Translations under genes and position numbers: made by a program
Notes under the pieces: generated by a model
The model's database searches: none
What the model saw: the letters and a program-made list of their open reading frames with translations, nothing else
What the model was told of the DNA's origin: nothing
Part shown: piece by piece, positions 58,331-64,000 of the stretch
How the letters are laid out: each line of letters opens with the position of its first letter
Numbering within the stretch: position 1 is the stretch's first letter
Source: Microthrixaceae bacterium
GTDB lineage: Bacteria; Actinomycetota; Acidimicrobiia; Acidimicrobiales; Microtrichaceae
Assembly (NCBI GenBank): GCA_047972145.1
Contig: JBKEAI010000084.1
Location: 177-64,176, forward strand
Length of the DNA stretch: 64,000 nt
Direction: 5' to 3'

Positions 58331-58938
58331 GCGGAGGTTTGAGTCCGGTCGATCGCGGGGAGCTGGTCGCACCATCGCCGGAGGTGGCGCCGAGGTTGCT
58401 CAACAAGCTGCTGGTGGTGGATGGTCGAGTGGGCAGGATCGTGGAGGTGGAGGCCTACATGGGTCCCGATGACCCTGCGAGTCACGCGTATCGGGGCGAG
58501 ACGCCGCGTACGGCGTCCATGTTCGGCCGGCCGGGCCTGCTCTACACCTACCTGTCCTATGGCATCCACACCTGTGCGAACGTGTCGACCGGGGAGACCG
58601 GCTCGGGCCAGGCGGTCCTGCTTCGAGCGCTCGAGCCGGTCGCGGGGCTCGATGCGATGCGAGTGGCACGTCCGGCTGCCCACAGGGACCGCGACCTCGC
58701 GAATGGTCCCGGCAAGCTGTGCGCAGCGATGGGGGTGACCCTCGCCCACGATGGAACCGACCTGTGCTCGCCTGAATCACCGGTACGGCTCTGCCGCGAC
58801 GATGTGCAGCCACCGAAACGACCGGTTGTCACACGGCGCGTCGGCATCACCAGGGCGACTGAGCGCCCGTGGAGGTTCCTCGTACCCGATTCGCAGTTCG
58901 TGTCCAAGCCGGTGAAGCACGAAGGCCCGGCCCGGTGA
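58327..58938 (+). CDS. mpg: DNA-3-methyladenine glycosylase (Mpg/AAG family)
   Basis: RIVEVEAYMGPDDPASHAYRG, LLYTYLSYGIHTCANV and ANGPGKL. GTGA overlap with argH. Confidence 0.9.
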   Translation: MSGGLSPVDRGELVAPSPEVAPRLLNKLLVVDGRVGRIVEVEAYMGPDDPASHAYRGETPRTASMFGRPGLLYTYLSYGIHTCANVSTGETGSGQAVLLRALEPVAGLDAMRVARPAAHRDRDLANGPGKLCAAMGVTLAHDGTDLCSPESPVRLCRDDVQPPKRPVVTRRVGITRATERPWRFLVPDSQFVSKPVKHEGPAR

Positions 58939-59555
58939 ACGACGCCGCGGCGAATGGCGTTCCGACAGGAGGTAGGTCTTTCCTGGGTGTGCATGACCTC
59001 GGTGCCTCGGGTGATCCCGCCACCTCACTGGCGAGGATCAGTGCCGCCGACCTGGTCGGTACAGGGCAGGAATCGCGCAGGAGCGAGATCCTGGCTCAAC
59101 TCGCTCGGCACGGCTCCGCGTTGGCAGAGCGCACGAACAGCGCCGGGCACCTGACGGGTTCCGCGCTGGTGATCGACTCCACCGGTGAGCGGACCCTCGT
59201 GATGCTGCACACCAAGTTGGGGCGATGGCTCCAACCGGGTGGCCACGCCGACGGTGACCACGAACTTGCCGGGGTGGCGCTGCGCGAAGCCACCGAGGAG
59301 ACGGGGATCGCCGGTCTGCGCGTGCGGGTCCCGGCGATCGACATAGACATCCACGCGGTCGACCACGGCGACGATCTCGGCGAGCACCTGCACTTCGACC
59401 TGCGGTTCCTGGTCGTCGCACCTCCCGGTGCACGCGAGCAGGGTAACCACGAGTCACAGGAGCTCCGGTGGGTGACCCTCGGCGAGCTGGAGGCGCTCGC
59501 CGACGAACCGAGCCTCCTGCGACTCGCTCGGCGTGGCTTCGCGGTCGGGGTCTGA
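58935..59555 (+). CDS. NUDIX hydrolase
   Basis: Nudix box ...GGHADGDHELAGVALREATEETGI. GTG 58935 overlaps the mpg stop. Confidence 0.85.
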   Translation: MNDAAANGVPTGGRSFLGVHDLGASGDPATSLARISAADLVGTGQESRRSEILAQLARHGSALAERTNSAGHLTGSALVIDSTGERTLVMLHTKLGRWLQPGGHADGDHELAGVALREATEETGIAGLRVRVPAIDIDIHAVDHGDDLGEHLHFDLRFLVVAPPGAREQGNHESQELRWVTLGELEALADEPSLLRLARRGFAVGV

Positions 59556-59635
59556 GCTTCGAGCACTCTGCAACAGGTCCAGCCGAGTCGTGTGTCGCAC
59601 TCTTCGCGTCGGCGATGCCTCCGAACCAACGCCAC

Positions 59636-59740
59636 TGTCACATCGGAGGCTTCGCCTGTCACATCGGAGGCCTCGCCTGTCACATCGGAGGCCTCGCGTG
59701 TCACATTGGAGGCCTCTCTTGTCACATCGGAGGCTTCGCG
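59636..59740. repeat. 21-bp tandem repeat x5 in a convergent intergenic region
   Basis: tgtcacatcggaggc(c/t)tcgc(c/g) x5. Units 2-4 contain the 8-bp palindrome GAGGCCTC. Confidence 0.95.
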
Positions 59741-59755
59741 TGGCGGCGCTGCCTC

Positions 59756-60316
59756 TCAGCCGACGTCGCCGGGTGTCGCGCAGCTCGGCATCCGGTTCAC
59801 CTCGGCGAAGCTGTCGATCGCCCGCGAGACCTGTCTGGAACCCTTGACGCCCTCGGTGAAGCGCGCGTCGGAGTCCTTCTTGAGGGCCTCTGCGTAGGCG
59901 GCGCGGTCCTTGAGGTAGGCCGCCCAGTCTCCGAGCCACTCCTCGACGGCTTCACGTTCCTCGGCCGGTTCGCTCGGCGCCAGTGGGCCGAGTTGGGCCA
60001 CCATCACCGACAGGTCCGCGTTCGCCTGGTCGACCACCTCGGCGCGCTCGGTGCTGGTGCGCGCCGTCTGCGCCGCGGGTAGCAGAGCGATGCGGTCGAC
60101 GGTCTGTGCGCACACCTGCTCAGCCTCGGTGGGGAACTTGCGCTCTGAGAGCTCGTCGATGAGGAGCCCCGGGTCGTAGATGAACAGCATCCAGATCCAA
60201 AAGGCGAAGGTGGCGATCGCGAACACAGCCGCGGCCCACAACGCCACCCGTCGACGCCCCGGAGTCGCTTCGTCGAACTCTGGTTCGTCGGTCGGGGGTG
60301 CAGGAGTGGTCGCCAC
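59756..60316 (-). CDS. Membrane-anchored hypothetical protein
   Basis: One N-terminal TM helix (VALWAAAVFAIATFAFWIWMLFIY) followed by a helical, E/A/K-rich ectodomain. Co-directional with and 62 nt downstream of the PBP gene. GTG start. Confidence 0.6.
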   Translation of the reverse strand: MATTPAPPTDEPEFDEATPGRRRVALWAAAVFAIATFAFWIWMLFIYDPGLLIDELSERKFPTEAEQVCAQTVDRIALLPAAQTARTSTERAEVVDQANADLSVMVAQLGPLAPSEPAEEREAVEEWLGDWAAYLKDRAAYAEALKKDSDARFTEGVKGSRQVSRAIDSFAEVNRMPSCATPGDVG

Positions 60317-60378
60317 CGCGTCAGTTTTGCACCCAGGCCCCTCGGCGTCCCAGCGGGCAGGAACCGACCGGGGGCGCC

Positions 60379-62832
60379 TCAGCCTGTGGGTGCCGATGTG
60401 GTGGTCGTGGCGACCGGGGCCTCCGGCGCGTAGTCGAACACGACGGTTCCATCCGGTGAGAGCTCACCGGCGGCGGGTGTCGTTCGCCACACCTGCCCAC
60501 CCACGTATGGCTCCCCAGAAGGTGCGCGGGCGGTGCTCGGGGGAGTGGTCACCCGCGCCGACACGTCGAATCCGAGGCGTTCCAACTCCTCGATCGCCTG
60601 ACCCCGCCCGAAGCCCCTGATGTCGGGAACCGGGGTCCGCGACGCAGGGTGGCCATCGTTGACCTCCACCCACACCACCGAGCCTTCGGGCATCGATGTG
60701 CCTGCCAACGGGGACTGGGCGACCGCCCTGCCGGGGTCGACTCCGCTGCCGAAGTCCACCGTGCGCACCTTCGAGGTGAACCCGGCACGTTTGATCGCGG
60801 CAGCGGCGCTATCCGCAGTCATGCCCGAGACATCCGGGACCTCCCGACGACGTGCAGCTTCGCGTTGTTCGAGTGGTTCGAGGAGATCCGGTGGTGGTGG
60901 AGCGGCTGTGGTGGTCGTGGGTGGTGGGACCGGAGGGTTCAGCGGCAGGGCGGGCAGCCCGTCGAGAGCAGAGCGCATGAACGTCGCCCAGATCTGTGCT
61001 GGGTAGGTCCCTCCGAAGACCGTGATCGGAGTGTTCCCCGGCACCATCGACACGAGCCTGTTCTGTCCGGAGCCGTCGGGGCGCGTCTCGCTGAAGCCGA
61101 CCCACACCGCCGTGGCGAGTTGGGGTGTGTAACCGCAGAACCAGGCGTCGGTGTTGCGCTGTGCGGAACCGGTCTTGCCCCCCGCGGGACGGTTGATCGC
61201 CGCTCGTCGCCCGGTGCCGTTGCCGGCCTCGATCACTCCGGGGAGGATGTCGTTGATCTGGCGGGCAACCTCGGGTTCGAGGACCTTGGTCTGGGTGTGT
61301 TCGTGGTCGTAGAGAACCGTGCCGTCGTTACGTTCGACCTTCGTGACGTAGACGGGAGGTACGTAGATCCCGCCGTTGGCGAAGGTCGCGTACACCGAGG
61401 CCATGTCGCGCACCGTGGCGTTGTTGGCGCCGAGCACCGCGGCGGGCACCGCGTCGAGCCTCGTACTGGTGATGCCGAGTCGCCTCGCCATCTCCACCGA
61501 GTCCTCGGCGCCCACCTCGGGGTCGAGCACGATGTTGGCATAGCAGGTGTTGGAGGACACGACCGTGCACTGGGCCATGGTTCCCGAGCCGATGCCGCCA
61601 CCCTTTACGTTCCACACCCCACCCGGGATCCGGAAGGATGCCGACGAAGGAGCGTTGAAGGCCTTGTCGGGGGGCACGCCGTTCGCTAGCGCCGTCGCGA
61701 GCACGACGGGCTTGAACGCTGAGCCTGTCGAGCGCCCGAGCCCCTCTGCAAGGTTCAACTTCGCGTACGAGTGGCCACCCCAGAAGTCACGGCCACCGAC
61801 CATCGCCTTTATGAACCCGGTGGCCGGTTCGATCGAGGTGAGCGCTGCATCGGGCATCCTCGGGTTGATGCCCTGTCCCGGCAGGATGTCCGCTATCGCC
61901 GCTTCGGCCTTGGCCTGCACGTCGAGATCGATGGTGGTCGTGATCGTCAGCCCACCGCGCAGCAGGTTGTTGTAGCGCTCGGCCTGGTTGTCGCCGAGAG
62001 CGTCGGATTCGGTGAGCAGCCAGCGCTTGACCTCTTCGACGAAGTGCGGCGCGGGGTAACGCTGGGGTGCCGATGCCGGATCGTCGCGGGGGATCACATC
62101 GAGGGGGACCGCCGATGCGGCGAACCGCTGCTCCGGTGAGATGTAGCCGACCTCGTCCATCCGCTGGAGGACCAGGTTGCGGCGCTTGAGGGCTTGTTCG
62201 GGGTTGTTGCGCGGATCCCAGCGCGACGGGGACTGGACAACACCGGCCAACATCGCTGCCTGGGGCAGCGTGAGCTCGGAGGTGGGCACGCCGAAGTACT
62301 CCCGGGACGCCGCCTCGATCCCGTAGGCGCCGGAGCCGAAGTAGATCGTGTTGAGGTACTTCTCGAGGATCACCTTCTTGGAGTAGGCGCGCTCGAGCGC
62401 CATGGCGAGGGTCGCCTCCTCGATCTTGCGCGTTAGCGTCTGGTCTCCGCTGAGTAGAGCGTTCTTGACGTACTGCTGGGTGATCGTCGACCCGCCCTGG
62501 CTCACCTCGCCAGATTCGGCGTTGGCGTCGGCCGCCCTGGCGATCGCCTTGGGGTTCACCCCGTTGTGCTCCCAGAACTCGTCGTCCTCGATCGCGACGA
62601 TGGCCTGTTGCATGCGCACCGGGATCTGCTCGATCGAGATGTCCTGGCGGTTCTCGTCCGCGATCGTGGTGATCAGCCGGCCCTGGGAGTCGACGATGCG
62701 CGACGGGGCGGCGTTGGGCGGGAACTTGATCGGTGGCCGCTGGTGCGTGTTCGCGCACGAGGTGGCGAACAGCACCACCGCGCACAGCGCAGCGCACGCG
62801 CGCAACACGAGTCGGTGCGAGGGGCCTGCCAT
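60379..62832 (-). CDS. Class A penicillin-binding protein (transglycosylase/transpeptidase) with two C-terminal PASTA domains
   Basis: GT51 motifs (AIEDDEFWEHNG, GGSTITQQYVKN, RKIEEA), transpeptidase motifs (STGSAFKP, SSN, KTGS), then two PASTA-like modules (VPDVSGMTADSAAAAIKRAGF... and VPDIRGFGRGQAIEELERLGF...). ATG 62832. Confidence 0.92.
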   Translation of the reverse strand: MAGPSHRLVLRACAALCAVVLFATSCANTHQRPPIKFPPNAAPSRIVDSQGRLITTIADENRQDISIEQIPVRMQQAIVAIEDDEFWEHNGVNPKAIARAADANAESGEVSQGGSTITQQYVKNALLSGDQTLTRKIEEATLAMALERAYSKKVILEKYLNTIYFGSGAYGIEAASREYFGVPTSELTLPQAAMLAGVVQSPSRWDPRNNPEQALKRRNLVLQRMDEVGYISPEQRFAASAVPLDVIPRDDPASAPQRYPAPHFVEEVKRWLLTESDALGDNQAERYNNLLRGGLTITTTIDLDVQAKAEAAIADILPGQGINPRMPDAALTSIEPATGFIKAMVGGRDFWGGHSYAKLNLAEGLGRSTGSAFKPVVLATALANGVPPDKAFNAPSSASFRIPGGVWNVKGGGIGSGTMAQCTVVSSNTCYANIVLDPEVGAEDSVEMARRLGITSTRLDAVPAAVLGANNATVRDMASVYATFANGGIYVPPVYVTKVERNDGTVLYDHEHTQTKVLEPEVARQINDILPGVIEAGNGTGRRAAINRPAGGKTGSAQRNTDAWFCGYTPQLATAVWVGFSETRPDGSGQNRLVSMVPGNTPITVFGGTYPAQIWATFMRSALDGLPALPLNPPVPPPTTTTAAPPPPDLLEPLEQREAARRREVPDVSGMTADSAAAAIKRAGFTSKVRTVDFGSGVDPGRAVAQSPLAGTSMPEGSVVWVEVNDGHPASRTPVPDIRGFGRGQAIEELERLGFDVSARVTTPPSTARAPSGEPYVGGQVWRTTPAAGELSPDGTVVFDYAPEAPVATTTTSAPTG

Positions 62833-63139
62833 GGCTCCATTGTGGCGTCCGGACACGGCGATCAGGTGGCACCGGGTCCTCGGAAGGCTCCCTAGGACCT
62901 GCGCGGGTACTGAACCCCAGTCGTTCGTCGATCGCCGGTCTCCTCGGTGACGCCTCGTCGACACGCCACGGCTCATGGGTCGGCTCGCCTACCTGCTCGC
63001 CTCCTTGGCGACGTACTCCCAACGGGATCTGGGGGATGTACCCACTGTTGGGTCGTCGGGTGCGGCGTAGTCGCTTGACCTTGCCGTAGGCGTTCGGGTG
63101 ATTGCACCCGTTGGTTCCCGGGCCGTAGCGTCAAGGGCC

Positions 63140-64000
63140 ATGATCGAGGGCGGGACTGCCGGCAGCAAAGCCCCGATGGGAGGCAATGCCCTGATCGGTG
63201 ATCTGGGAGAGCGTGGTCTCATAGCGGATCACACCGACCGTGATGCTCTCGTGGAGCGCCTGGGGTCACCAACGGTGCTCTATTGCGGGTTCGACCCGAC
63301 CGCAGACTCCCTTCACATAGGGAACCTCCAGTCGATCATGTTGCTGCGCCGCTTCCAGTTGGCCGGCCATCCCCCGGTGGCGTTGGTGGGCGGAGCGACG
63401 GGCATGATCGGTGACCCGTCCGGGCGGACCTCGGAGCGCCAGTTCCTCGATCCCGAATCCCTCGATGCCAACCGCGATGCGATCGGGGGCCAACTCGCCG
63501 GGCTCCTCGACTTCGACGGTTCGGCAGCCGCGACGCTGGTCGACAACCGCACCTGGACCGAACCGGTCGGTGTGCTCGAATTCCTACGCGACGTGGGCAA
63601 GTACGTGACGGTCAACACGATGCTCGCCAAGGAATCGGTCAAGGGTCGCATCGACCGCGAGTCGGGTATCTCGTTTACCGAGTTCTCCTACATGCTCCTC
63701 CAGGCGAACGACTTCCGGGTGCTCCACGAGCGTCACCGCGTCGACCTCCAGGTGGCCGGTTCGGACCAGTGGGGCAACATCACCGCAGGGGTCGACCTGG
63801 TGCGGCGCCGCACCGGCGACACCGTGCACGGCCTGACTGCGCCTCTCATCGTGCGTTCCGACGGATCGAAGTTCGGAAAGTCCGAGGGGGAGAACATCTG
63901 GTTGTCAGCGGATCGCACGAGCCCCTACCAGATGTACCAGTACCTGTTGAACGTGCCCGACGACGATGTGGAGTCGCTGCTCGCACGCCTGACCCTCGTG
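63140..64000 (+). CDS. tyrS: Tyrosine--tRNA ligase (5' part; continues beyond the window)
   Basis: Absent from the ORF track because it has no stop in the window. My own translation gives LYCGFDPTADSLHIGNL (HIGH) and KFGKS (KMSKS). Start is ATG 63140 or 63176. Confidence 0.93.
   Translation, partial: MIEGGTAGSKAPMGGNALIGDLGERGLIADHTDRDALVERLGSPTVLYCGFDPTADSLHIGNLQSIMLLRRFQLAGHPPVALVGGATGMIGDPSGRTSERQFLDPESLDANRDAIGGQLAGLLDFDGSAAATLVDNRTWTEPVGVLEFLRDVGKYVTVNTMLAKESVKGRIDRESGISFTEFSYMLLQANDFRVLHERHRVDLQVAGSDQWGNITAGVDLVRRRTGDTVHGLTAPLIVRSDGSKFGKSEGENIWLSADRTSPYQMYQYLLNVPDDDVESLLARLTLV

Noticed and set aside
59096-59897. ORFs crossing the 21-bp repeat (EASDVTG or TSEASPV repeat peptides)
   Set aside because: One is antisense to the NUDIX gene and the other overlaps the minus-strand membrane-anchored gene. 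Neither has a plausible start context.

Overview
Visibly high-GC (not computed) chromosomal core region of an Actinomycetota-type genome. Gene order follows the conserved actinobacterial housekeeping blocks known from Mycobacterium and Streptomyces: alaS-ruvX-mltG-aroE...aroK-aroB-aroQ-pepQ-efp-nusB; pyrR-pyrB-pyrC-carA-carB-pyrD-pyrF-mihF-gmk-rpoZ-coaBC-metK-priA; def-fmt-rsmB-mog-ribD-ribE-ribBA-ribH; hisG; infC-rpmI-rplT-trmH-pheS-pheT; argC-argB-argD-argR-argG-argH-mpg-nudix; a class A PBP; tyrS (runs off the window end). Genes are tightly packed and many neighbours share 4-nt ATGA or GTGA start/stop overlaps. I found no rRNA, tRNA, CRISPR array, transposase, integrase or phage genes, and no convincing new multi-gene system. 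The long antisense ORFs in the track are typical high-GC artefacts. The most unusual structure is non-coding: a SpoU/TrmH methyltransferase gene between ribH and hisG is bracketed by a 38-nt inverted repeat (35/38 identical) plus arrays of a 19-nt tandem repeat. Other points worth a second look: a terminator-like hairpin inside a roughly 450-nt leader upstream of infC, which uses a non-canonical AUA start; a guanylate kinase whose P-loop lysine is replaced by glutamine; a DUF4388 protein and a hypothetical protein sitting where chorismate synthase normally lies in the shikimate cluster; an antisense SRPBCC gene splitting carA from carB; an arg cluster lacking argJ and argF; and a recurrent pattern of short tandem duplications (15, 19, 21, 22 and 29 nt), several of them in frame inside housekeeping genes. 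All functional calls come from reading the supplied translations for family motifs and from synteny. No database search was run.
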